Assembly: GCA_963801815.1 (NCBI GenBank)
Contig: CAWDGJ010000003.1
Location: 96,001 to 160,000 of the forward strand
DNA: 64,000 nucleotides
Source: an uncultured Verrucomicrobiae bacterium
GTDB lineage: Bacteria > Verrucomicrobiota > Verrucomicrobiia > Chthoniobacterales > UBA10450
Direction of reading: 5' to 3'
In this document: piece by piece, positions 1-8,406 of the stretch
How positions within the stretch are numbered: the first letter of the stretch is position 1
Layout of the letters: each line of letters opens with the position of its first letter
Translations under genes and position numbers: made by a program
The notes under the pieces: model-generated
Told to the model about the DNA's origin: nothing
The model's database searches: none
What the model saw: only the letters and a program-made list of their open reading frames with translations

Positions 1-2
1 CA

Positions 3-371
3 ACACCGCAGCCGCTAATTACAGTCGCGTCATCCGCTCCGATCTTTGTCACGTTGAAGGAAGATTCCGAAGGCTTCGCACAAGTTGACCAAATAAGCAC
101 CGAACGCATCACCGGCGACAACGTCATTCAGGTCGAAAACGGGTACTGGTCTGACGGTTGGCAACGCGTCCGATTCCCCTTTGATAAATTATGGGTCGCG
201 GAAAAGATCGCGCCTCAAGCCGAGCAAGCTTATCGTGAAAATAGCCGACGCGGAAAAGAAAACGCATTCGTGACGGTCCGCGTGCGCAACGGAGACGCGG
301 CGTTGGAACAATTGTACATTGACGACAAACCGCTGGCTGAATACTTGCGCGAACAGGCAACAAAAAAATAG
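3..371 (+). CDS. GDYXXLXY-family membrane-anchored protein, C-terminal part (5' truncated by window edge)
   Basis: Frame is open from base 3. FVTL..DSEGFA, VRFPFDKLWV and AFVTVRVRNGDAALEQLYIDDKPL resemble the C-terminal half of this family. Confidence 0.6.
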   Translation, partial: TPQPLITVASSAPIFVTLKEDSEGFAQVDQISTERITGDNVIQVENGYWSDGWQRVRFPFDKLWVAEKIAPQAEQAYRENSRRGKENAFVTVRVRNGDAALEQLYIDDKPLAEYLREQATKK

Positions 372-378
372 TTTTCGG

Positions 379-1869
379 TCACTGATCGGGCGGAGCGTCG
401 CCCCCGTCCGCTTTCAAAACCGCGAACGTCTTGCTGCCTTTACGATCGAGATAAAGCAACACCCCACGTTTCGGATCGGCTTTGTTCAATGCGTCCCGAA
501 ACGATTTTACATCCGTTACCGGGTTGCCATCGACTTCAGTGATCACATCTTCGCGCTCGATTCCTTGTTGGGCGGCGAGGCTGTTGTCGGTCACGTCGGT
601 GACAATGACACCTTTTTGGACGCCAAGTTTGAAGCGTTGCGCCATTTCCTTGGTCAGTTCCTGGACCTGCAATCCGAACTTGCCCGCTTCCTGCTGTTTT
701 TCCCGAGGCGGTCGCACCGGTTCATTGGAAGCGCGGGAAATCTCGTTCGGTAACTCACCGGTGGTGACAGGAACTTTTAGCGTCTGGCCTTTTCGCCACA
801 CAGTCAGTTCCACTTTTTGACCGATCTTCTTTTTCAAAATCTCGTGCTGCAATTGCGAGTCCGTTGTCACCTGATTCGCATCGACCTGCGTGATGACATC
901 GAATGGTCGCAGATCGCTTTTGTAGGCGGGCGCATCGGCTTCGATGGTGCGGACGACAACGCCCTTCTCGATTCCTTTGAATAACTCGCGGATGCCAGGG
1001 TCATCCCCCAGCGTCTCGATTCGAATCCCGAGCCACGGACGCGTGATTTTTCGGCCGGCAATAAGATCGTCGCCAATTTCCTTGGCCATGTTAATCGGAA
1101 TCGCGAACCCAAGACCGCGGTTGATGCCGTTAATCAGCGTGTTCATCCCGATCACTCTGCCGTCGATGTCGCACAACGGGCCGCCGCTATTCCCGGGGTT
1201 AATTGACGCGTCAGTCTGCAAATAATCCGAGATCGAATAGCCACTGGTCGCGAGCAATTTGCTGCGGCCTTTGCCGCTGACCACGCCATAGGTGAAAGTG
1301 TAGTCGAGTTTGAATGGCGCGCCGATTGCGAATGCAAATTGGCCGACGCGCACCGCGTCGCTGTCGCCGAGTTGCGCGAACGGCAGATCCTTGGCGTCGA
1401 TCTTAATGACCGCTACGTCGGTTTTTTCGTCCGTGCCAACGACCTTGGCCGGAAATTCCCGCCCGTCTTTCAGCTTCACTTCAATTTTATCGGCCGAGTC
1501 CACCACGTGGAAATTCGTAAAGATGTAGCCGTCGGGGCGAACGATGAAGCCCGAACCCTCACTCTGGACCGGCTGAGTATTTCGCGGTGGCCGGCGAGGA
1601 TTATTTTCGTCGGGAGGCCCTTGAAAGAAAAGGTCCTCGAACGCCGAAGTCTCATTGTCAGCTGCTTTTGAAATTTCGATGATAACAACACTTGGAGCCA
1701 CCGTTTCGAAGACTTTGGCGAAAGCATTATTCAACTGATGAACCACATCTTTGCCTTGCTCGGCCGCAGCTGCGGGAATTGTCGCGGTCGGAACGGCTTC
1801 CGGCATGGCTCCGAGGACCGGCATCGTGCCCAGTCCGGTGATTGTGATGAAAATTAGGATCAAACGCAT
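379..1869 (-). CDS. htrA: HtrA/DegP (Do-family) periplasmic serine protease with two PDZ domains
   Basis: Signal peptide MRLILIFITITGLG; catalytic motifs TNFHVV, TDVAVIK and INPGNSGGPL; two PDZ-like C-terminal domains. Start set at ATG 1869. Confidence 0.93.
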   Translation of the reverse strand: MRLILIFITITGLGTMPVLGAMPEAVPTATIPAAAAEQGKDVVHQLNNAFAKVFETVAPSVVIIEISKAADNETSAFEDLFFQGPPDENNPRRPPRNTQPVQSEGSGFIVRPDGYIFTNFHVVDSADKIEVKLKDGREFPAKVVGTDEKTDVAVIKIDAKDLPFAQLGDSDAVRVGQFAFAIGAPFKLDYTFTYGVVSGKGRSKLLATSGYSISDYLQTDASINPGNSGGPLCDIDGRVIGMNTLINGINRGLGFAIPINMAKEIGDDLIAGRKITRPWLGIRIETLGDDPGIRELFKGIEKGVVVRTIEADAPAYKSDLRPFDVITQVDANQVTTDSQLQHEILKKKIGQKVELTVWRKGQTLKVPVTTGELPNEISRASNEPVRPPREKQQEAGKFGLQVQELTKEMAQRFKLGVQKGVIVTDVTDNSLAAQQGIEREDVITEVDGNPVTDVKSFRDALNKADPKRGVLLYLDRKGSKTFAVLKADGGDAPPDQ

Positions 1870-1993
1870 CGGTTCGAAGTTGGACAGCATTGAACATGCT
1901 ACGTTCAACAGCCCGGTCCACTCGCTTCCCGGAGCGCAGGAGCGTGCGAATATCTTGACTAATGATATACTATCGATCGGCTTGCCTCCAGAT

Positions 1994-3379
1994 ATGCGTT
2001 CAGTTGGGTTAAACCGAGTCTTGGTAATAATCGTCGCCGGCCTCTTTGTGCTTGTCGCCGTGCGGTTTACGTTTCATCGCCATGATTCAAAACCGATTCC
2101 GGCCGAGGACTTCGTTAAGGCGCTGGACACCCACCAAGGTTCCCTGATCGAGCGCTACTTCCGCGAGCACAACGACCCTAACGTTCGCGTTGCGAATGAA
2201 CGTTCGTTACTTTTCGCCGCCATTTTGCGAGAGGACGACGCGGTTGCGCGACGACTCCTTGATGCCGGAGCGAGCGCAGACCTGGCAGACAACGCCGGCG
2301 TTACGCCGTTGATGGTTGCGGCAATGCACGGCGATTTGGAGATGGTTCGCGCATTGATTGGACATGTTTCGGACATTACGGTGAAAGATGGTGCGGGCCA
2401 CTCCGCGCTCCATTACGCGGTTGGTGCTCAAAAGATTGAAATCGTCGATCTTCTTCTCAGCCTGACGCCGAATCTCGAGCTGGCGTATGGTGACAGCGGC
2501 GAATTGTTGACGTTGGCTCTGGGAAGTCCAAGTCCCAGAATTGCCCAGGATATTCTGTCCAAGCTGCCACGGTTTCAGGAATGGAGCGCGGGAGCTTTGC
2601 ACGCGCTGGACACCGCTCTGCGGGCTGGCGATCGCGACTCGGTTCGGCTGTTGTTTTCGAAACACGTTGCGCAGCCGACGCCCGAAGGTAAGCGGGTGCC
2701 TTTACTGGCATACGCAATCGAAACCGATAACGCGCCGCTATTCACAACGCTGCTCGAATGCGGTGCGGACCCAAACACATTGCTGCCCAGCAAATACGAC
2801 AAGGAGTTCTTGGATTCGCTTCCATCGAAATCGTTTCGCAATTACATCGAGGACGACAAGAATGTTACGTGCTTGATGCTCGCGGCCGGCCTTGGTCGGA
2901 CTGATTATGTCCGCGCGCTTTTGCAATCCGGGGCCGATCACAATCGTTCGACCGGTCGCTACAAAATGGTGGCGCTTTATTTCGCGGCCGAGCTCGGCAA
3001 TTGGCAGGCTGCCCAGCTCCTTTTGGGCAGCGGACCTGACCCGGAGAAGCTGCGGATCGAAATCTCACTCGCGTCACAGAAGGTGTCGCTGATCAAGGAC
3101 GGCGTCCCAATCTTGGATTCAACCTGTTCCACCGGGCGCGAAGGCTACTCGACCCGTCGCGGCAGGTATGTGATCACTGACAAGGAGCGAAACCATCGTT
3201 CGACGATCTATCATGTCGACATGCCGTATTTCATGCGGTTGAGTTGCCTCGATTTCGGAATGCACGAAGGCTACGTGCCGAATTATCCCGCATCCCACGG
3301 CTGTATCCGTTTGCCGGGGGAGACGGCGAGGAAGCTTTTTGCCGAGATCCCGATAGGGACGGTAGTCACGGTCCAGTAG
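1994..3379 (+). CDS. Ankyrin-repeat protein fused to a C-terminal L,D-transpeptidase (YkuD) domain
   Basis: N-terminal TM; ankyrin motifs GVTPLMVAAMHGD, GHSALHYAV and VTCLMLAAGLG; C-terminal MPYFMRL..GMHEG..ASHGCIRL catalytic His/Cys motif. Confidence 0.88.
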   Translation: MRSVGLNRVLVIIVAGLFVLVAVRFTFHRHDSKPIPAEDFVKALDTHQGSLIERYFREHNDPNVRVANERSLLFAAILREDDAVARRLLDAGASADLADNAGVTPLMVAAMHGDLEMVRALIGHVSDITVKDGAGHSALHYAVGAQKIEIVDLLLSLTPNLELAYGDSGELLTLALGSPSPRIAQDILSKLPRFQEWSAGALHALDTALRAGDRDSVRLLFSKHVAQPTPEGKRVPLLAYAIETDNAPLFTTLLECGADPNTLLPSKYDKEFLDSLPSKSFRNYIEDDKNVTCLMLAAGLGRTDYVRALLQSGADHNRSTGRYKMVALYFAAELGNWQAAQLLLGSGPDPEKLRIEISLASQKVSLIKDGVPILDSTCSTGREGYSTRRGRYVITDKERNHRSTIYHVDMPYFMRLSCLDFGMHEGYVPNYPASHGCIRLPGETARKLFAEIPIGTVVTVQ

Positions 3380-3429
3380 GGAAAAATCTGGCGACGTAGC
3401 GGTGCGATCCGCACTTTTCGGTGCGCGCG

Positions 3430-3457
3430 TTGACACACAACTGAGCGGTCTTAGCGT
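3430..3457 (+). promoter_or_regulatory. Putative sigma70 promoter of kamA
   Basis: TTGACA-16 bp-TAGCGT ending 16 bp before the ATG at 3474. Confidence 0.45.
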
Positions 3458-3473
3458 TTCGATCCTTAATTAA

Positions 3474-4685
3474 ATGCAAACTTTTGAAAACGGTGATGGC
3501 AAGGAGTTCGTCTCGCACGCACCAGGCTATTGGTCTGGCGTAGCGCCTGAATTGTGGAACGATTGGAAATGGCAGCTTAAGAACCGCGTGACCTCGCTGG
3601 CCCAGCTCGAGTCCGGCCATTGCCGGATCGATTTGAGTGACGAGGAACGCAGCGGTGTCTTGCTGAGTGGCGACAAACTCGCGCTCGCCGTCACGCCCCA
3701 TTTTTTCAACCTGATTCCGCGTGGCAATGCGAACGATCCGATTCGACGCCAGGTGATCCCACGGGTCGAGGAAACTTGGGCGTCGCCTTACGATATGGCG
3801 GACCCTTGCGGCGAGGATTCACACATGCCGGTGCCGGGGTTGGTGCATCGCTACCCGGACCGCGTTTTGTTTTTGGTCACCGATCGCTGTGCGGCGTATT
3901 GCCGATATTGCACGCGCAGTCGCGTCGTGAGCGGAGTGGGGGAACAGGAGCTTCAGACCAATTTCGAGGAAGCGTTTCGTTATCTCGAACAACACACCGA
4001 AGTGCGCGACGTCCTCTTGAGTGGCGGCGATGCTCTGATTTTTTCGGACGACAAGATCGACAAATTGCTGACCCGGTTGCGTGCGATCAAACACATCGAG
4101 TTTCTTCGGATCGGAACCCGTGTTCCAATTTTCCTTCCGCAACGCATCACGCCAGAGCTGTGCGCGATTCTGGCGAAACATCATCCGCTTTGGATGAGCA
4201 TTCACGTGAATCATCCGCGCGAGCTGACGATCGAGGTGAAACAAGCGCTCGAGCGGCTCGCGAACGCAGGCATTCCGCTCGGTAACCAGAGCGTGTTGCT
4301 CGCCGGCGTGAACGACGATCTCGAGACGATGAAAACGCTCGTGCACAAACTGCTGATGTGCCGTGTCCGTCCGTATTACATTTACCAGTGCGACCTGATC
4401 AACGGTTCGTCGCACCTTCGCACTTCGGTCGCGAAAGGGATCGAGATCATCGAGGGCCTGCGCGGCCACACCACTGGTTACGCCGTTCCGCAATACGTGA
4501 TCGACGCGCCCGGCGGCGGCGGCAAAGTGCCGATCAATCCCGGCTACGTTCTCTATCACGACAACGAGAAAATCGTGATCCGCAATTACGAAGGCAAGAT
4601 TTTCGAGTATCCCGAAGCTGGCGGCGACCAAACCGTCCAGTTCGCGCCCCAGCGTGAATATCACGATGAGTATCTTTATTCGTGA
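3474..4685 (+). CDS. kamA: KamA-family radical SAM enzyme (lysine 2,3-aminomutase-like)
   Basis: HRYPDR, CAAYCRYC (CxxxCxxC), LSGGD, YQCD and DAPGGGGK (PLP lysine). Confidence 0.9.
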   Translation: MQTFENGDGKEFVSHAPGYWSGVAPELWNDWKWQLKNRVTSLAQLESGHCRIDLSDEERSGVLLSGDKLALAVTPHFFNLIPRGNANDPIRRQVIPRVEETWASPYDMADPCGEDSHMPVPGLVHRYPDRVLFLVTDRCAAYCRYCTRSRVVSGVGEQELQTNFEEAFRYLEQHTEVRDVLLSGGDALIFSDDKIDKLLTRLRAIKHIEFLRIGTRVPIFLPQRITPELCAILAKHHPLWMSIHVNHPRELTIEVKQALERLANAGIPLGNQSVLLAGVNDDLETMKTLVHKLLMCRVRPYYIYQCDLINGSSHLRTSVAKGIEIIEGLRGHTTGYAVPQYVIDAPGGGGKVPINPGYVLYHDNEKIVIRNYEGKIFEYPEAGGDQTVQFAPQREYHDEYLYS

Positions 4686-4702
4686 CGGACGGTTTCAGAG
4701 AG

Positions 4703-4765
4703 ATCTGGAAGCCACGAATCCAGGAATGACTAAAAATTCTTTTCCTGGTTTCCTGGTTTCCTGAT
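4703..4765. repeat. Imperfect inverted repeat built from 8-bp units (TTCCTGGT)
   Basis: Arm 4703-4726 matches the reverse complement of 4742-4765 at 20/24 positions. Confidence 0.75.
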
Positions 4766-4776
4766 TAGATTCTTCT

Positions 4777-5160
4777 GTGTTCCTGCTTCAGCTTTTGGTC
4801 TCCGCGTTTCTGGCGATTTTGTTTCTGCAGTCAGGCATCGACAAAATTGCCGATCGGCAAGGAAACTTACAGTGGCTGGGCGGACATTTCGCGAAAAGCC
4901 CGCTCGCGGGATTGGTCCCAGTGCTGTTCACCATTCTCACGATCATCGAAGTTTCAGCCGGACTGCTGAGCGGCGTCGGCTTTCTCACGCTGCTCTTCGT
5001 CCACAGCCCAACTATCGCGTTTTACGGCGCAGTCGTGTCGACGGTCGCGATCCTTTGCCTGTTTTTTGGTCAACGAATGGCGAAGGAATACCCCGGAGCC
5101 GCGGTTTTGGTTCCGTATTTTCTGCTCGCACTCGTCGCGATTTATTTGTTGAGCCACTAA
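4777..5160 (+). CDS. DoxX-family membrane protein
   Basis: FLQSGIDK..D..GN..WL..HFAKSPL and FFGQRMAKEY; about four TM helices. Confidence 0.75.
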   Translation: MFLLQLLVSAFLAILFLQSGIDKIADRQGNLQWLGGHFAKSPLAGLVPVLFTILTIIEVSAGLLSGVGFLTLLFVHSPTIAFYGAVVSTVAILCLFFGQRMAKEYPGAAVLVPYFLLALVAIYLLSH

Positions 5161-5162
5161 TT

Positions 5163-5244
5163 GACCACGGATTACACGGATAACACTGATGTTCTGCTAT
5201 TCTCGGAAGCTAAAGTATCCGTTCTATCAGTGTAATCCGTGGTC
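5163..5244. repeat. Imperfect inverted repeat built from 9-bp units (CACGGATTA)
   Basis: Arm 5163-5190 matches the reverse complement of 5217-5244 at 24/28 positions. Confidence 0.85.
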
Positions 5245-5247
5245 CTT

Positions 5248-5619
5248 ATGAAGATTCTCTCGCGAATTTTGCTCGCGGTTTCAGCAATCCTGCTCGCGGT
5301 AGGCGCGCATTTTCACACGTCGGCCTTCAACAAGACAGCAACTGCGGTTGCTGAATCGAATCTGCCGGCCTTTCTAGGAAACGGGCTGAAAGTCTTGTGG
5401 CTTCAGGATTCGGTGATCACCAATGTGCTCGCGATCATCTTCGCCATCGTTGCGGTCAAGCCAACCGCTGCGCCGAAATGGATCATTATTGTGCTGGCGC
5501 TCGTGCCGATTATTACCGCCGGTCTCGTTTATTATTTCATCGGCAATTTTTTCGGCGGCCACATTTTTCTGGCTGCGGGACTCGCCGCGATTTTGGGCGC
5601 ATTGCTGAATCGCGATTGA
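5248..5619 (+). CDS. Hypothetical four-TM membrane protein
   Basis: Hydrophobic ORF filling the gap between the repeat and the next gene; no motif recognised. Confidence 0.65.
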   Translation: MKILSRILLAVSAILLAVGAHFHTSAFNKTATAVAESNLPAFLGNGLKVLWLQDSVITNVLAIIFAIVAVKPTAAPKWIIIVLALVPIITAGLVYYFIGNFFGGHIFLAAGLAAILGALLNRD

Positions 5620-5745
5620 ATTCGGCACGGCTACCAAGAGCTCGCACGAGCAAAGGTCACAAAGTCAAAATTTGAAACGTCGAGAAGTAAATCCTTCGTG
5701 TCCGTTGTAGACGGTGTATGAGAATTTTATCGGTTCGATCGAGAC

Positions 5746-7416
5746 CTAACGGGAGTAAACGATCTCGCCGCCGATAATCGTCATTTCGTTTTGCGTCTTG
5801 AGAATTTCCGGCGCGGGAATTTTCATAATGTCCGCCGACAACACTGTGAAGTCCGCCAGTTTTCCGACTTCGATCGAGCCTTTGTCTTTCTCCTGAAACG
5901 ATGCGAACGCCGGCCAGATCGTGAACATCTTGAGCGCTTGTTCGCGCGAGACGGCTTGTTCCGGATGCCAACCCGGACCCGATTCGCCTTTGATGCTTTT
6001 GCGTGCGACTGCCGCATAAAATTCAATCATCGGCTCGCCGCGTTCGACTGGCGCGTCGGAGCCACCGCAAATGATGCAATCTGACTTCAAAAACGATTGC
6101 CAGGCGTAGGCGCCGGCGAGCCGGTCCGTCCCCAATCGTTTCGGCGCGAAAAACAAATCGCTGATCGCGTGCGACGGCTGCATCGACGGAATCAAGCCAA
6201 GTTTCGCGAATCGCGGAAGGTCGACAGGATCGACAATTTGCGCGTGCTCTACACGCCAACGCGGTTCTTTAATGGCTCTCTGGTCGACCGGAACCGCCTT
6301 GAACGCGGCTTCATATAAATCGAGGATCGTTCGGTTCGTGCGATCACCAATCGCATGCGTCTCGACTTGAATACCTCGTCGCAAAGCTTCCTCGAACATC
6401 GGCCGCAACTCCACTGGTTTTTCAGTGAGATAACCGGAAGTGTCTGGCGCGTCACTGTATGGCTTTAGTAAAGCCGCTCCGCGAGAGCCGAGCGCGCCGT
6501 CGAACACAACTTTGATCGTGCGCTGAGTGAAATGGTGATCGAACGCGTTGAGAGTCGCGCCTTCTTTCAAGAAGTTTTGCGCGTCTTCACCCGGACCGTA
6601 AACGCAGTTGATGAACCGGATCTTCGCCGTGCCGTCGGTGTAAACCTTCTTAATCAAGTCGATGTCGTCTTTGTGGCTTCCGGCGTTTTGAATTTCACAC
6701 CAGCCCAGCCCGAGCTCGCGATTGATTCCGGTGAGCAACGCTTGCTCGCGTTCGGCTGTGGTCGGCTTCGGAATATTTTTCTCGACCAAGTCCTGCGCAT
6801 TGTCGAGCAGCATGCCGTTGGGTTCGCCTTTGGTCGTAAGAATCCGGCCGCCGAACGGGTCCCCGCCCGGCGGGAGGATGTCGATCTTCGCGATCGCGAG
6901 CGCGGCCGAGTTTGCGACCGACGCGTGGCCGTCCGCGCGCGTAAGATAAACCGGATTGTCCGGCGCGACTTTGTCCAAATCCTGGCGGGTTGGGAATTGC
7001 GCAGGTTTCCAAAATGTTTCGATCCAGCCGCGCCCGGTAATCCATTTGCCGCGTTCGGTTTTGCCGACGCGCTCTTTCACTTTGGCGAGAAAGTCCTGGA
7101 GTGTGTTGGTTCCTTCGAGATTTAAGGTCAGCTCGCGCTCGCCGATTCCAAAAATGTGGCAGTGCGAATCCGTCAGTCCGGGCAGGACGGTGCGACCGTG
7201 AAGATCGACGACGTGCTGCGAACTAAATTTTCGCGAATCGGCGTTGGAACCAACGAAGAGGACCCGTCCGTCTTTGACTGCGATCGCTTCAGCGTGCGGT
7301 TGTTTTTCATTAGCGGTATAGGCGTTCGCGTTGATCAGCACCAAATCGGCATCATCGGCCGCGTTCGCCGTGAAATTTAACGCCCAAAACGAAAATAAGA
7401 TCGTGAACGCTTTCAC
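5746..7416 (-). CDS. Secreted metal-dependent amidohydrolase (amidohydrolase 3 / YtcJ-like)
   Basis: Signal peptide; PGLTDSHCH, THAIGD, RVEHAQ, GGSDAPVE and GSIEVGKLADF. Confidence 0.9.
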   Translation of the reverse strand: MKAFTILFSFWALNFTANAADDADLVLINANAYTANEKQPHAEAIAVKDGRVLFVGSNADSRKFSSQHVVDLHGRTVLPGLTDSHCHIFGIGERELTLNLEGTNTLQDFLAKVKERVGKTERGKWITGRGWIETFWKPAQFPTRQDLDKVAPDNPVYLTRADGHASVANSAALAIAKIDILPPGGDPFGGRILTTKGEPNGMLLDNAQDLVEKNIPKPTTAEREQALLTGINRELGLGWCEIQNAGSHKDDIDLIKKVYTDGTAKIRFINCVYGPGEDAQNFLKEGATLNAFDHHFTQRTIKVVFDGALGSRGAALLKPYSDAPDTSGYLTEKPVELRPMFEEALRRGIQVETHAIGDRTNRTILDLYEAAFKAVPVDQRAIKEPRWRVEHAQIVDPVDLPRFAKLGLIPSMQPSHAISDLFFAPKRLGTDRLAGAYAWQSFLKSDCIICGGSDAPVERGEPMIEFYAAVARKSIKGESGPGWHPEQAVSREQALKMFTIWPAFASFQEKDKGSIEVGKLADFTVLSADIMKIPAPEILKTQNEMTIIGGEIVYSR

Positions 7417-7522
7417 TTGACGGTTTGGTGAAGTTTTGACGTGATCAGCTTTGCCAAGCGGTCACTTTTCTGTATCGGAAAAGATGATCGCGCCGTTATG
7501 AAAATGAATCGTGAATTTTCTT

Positions 7523-7550
7523 TTGCCCGCATTGCGTCCACTTATACAAT
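7523..7550 (+). promoter_or_regulatory. Possible sigma70 promoter of the act operon
   Basis: TTGCCC-16 bp-TACAAT in the divergent intergenic region. Confidence 0.3.
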
Positions 7551-7680
7551 CTTGGCTTCCCCGCAGGCGAGTAAACAACCTTAACTCCGCAGCGTTTGAA
7601 CGAAGCACATCCTAATTTTAGTTCCGGTTCGTTTCTAGGTTGTCGGCTGTACCGAAGCAGAGGAGACGTGCGCTGACGTT

Positions 7681-8406
7681 ATGGCCAATTTTTTTCCACG
7701 CTGGTGCAATTGGTTGCCGCTGCAAATGGCTGTAGCGGGCTTCTTGATTGTTTGCGGTCTGACCGCCGCTACCTGGTACTACGTCACGCCGAAGTACACC
7801 AAGATCGGTTATCAACCGATCCAGCCCGTGCCGTTCCCACACGACATCCACGTCACGCAACTCGGGATGGATTGTCGTTACTGCCACAGTTTCGTGGAAG
7901 TCGCCGCGCACTCGAACGTGCCGAACACGCAGCTCTGCATGAATTGCCATTCGCAGGTGCAAAAGGACAATCCGAAACTCGAGCCGGTTCGCCAGAGCTG
8001 GAAGGACGGGCGCCCGATCAACTGGGTCTGGATCCATCGGCTGCCCGATTACGTTTTTTATAACCACGCAGCCCACGTGAACCGCGGGATCAGTTGCGCG
8101 AGTTGCCACGGCCAGATCAATCACATGCCGGTAGTCTACGACGCGAAGCCGATGAGCATGGCCTGGTGTTTGGAGTGCCACCGGCATCCGGAAAATTTCC
8201 TTCGTCCGGAGGATCAGATCACAAATCTCGATTGGAAGCCGGAAGATGTGAAGCCCGCCGAGTTCGTTGCCAAGTATGGCCAGCCGCAGGGCGTGACTGA
8301 GGATTGGTCGAAAAAGAAACATCTCACCCAGGCGGAGATCGGCCAGACGCTGAAAGAGCGCTGGCACATAACAACCTCGGCGAATTGCCAAACCTGCCAC
8401 CGATGA
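7681..8406 (+). CDS. actA: Alternative complex III pentaheme cytochrome c subunit ActA
   Basis: N-terminal TM, QPVPFPHDIH, five CxxCH motifs (CRYCH, CMNCH, CASCH, CLECH, CQTCH). Confidence 0.93.
   Translation: MANFFPRWCNWLPLQMAVAGFLIVCGLTAATWYYVTPKYTKIGYQPIQPVPFPHDIHVTQLGMDCRYCHSFVEVAAHSNVPNTQLCMNCHSQVQKDNPKLEPVRQSWKDGRPINWVWIHRLPDYVFYNHAAHVNRGISCASCHGQINHMPVVYDAKPMSMAWCLECHRHPENFLRPEDQITNLDWKPEDVKPAEFVAKYGQPQGVTEDWSKKKHLTQAEIGQTLKERWHITTSANCQTCHR

Noticed and set aside
1751..1993. Extended N-termini in the ORF track (also actB from 8304, xerD from 41357, mglA from 51773)
   Set aside because: The extensions overlap neighbouring genes; downstream starts match family N-termini or stop-start coupling.
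4703..5244. CRISPR array
   Set aside because: The repeats are short-period inverted arms without unique, regularly sized spacers; no cas genes are present.
7436..7449. FNR box upstream of the act operon
   Set aside because: TTGAC-GTG-ATCAG has the wrong spacing and mismatches to TTGAT-N4-ATCAA.
7618..8400. Long antisense or alternative-frame ORFs (also 3819-4664, 8835-9851, 23875-24657, 60294-61070)
   Set aside because: They shadow well-supported genes, as expected in GC-rich DNA, and show no recognisable motifs.
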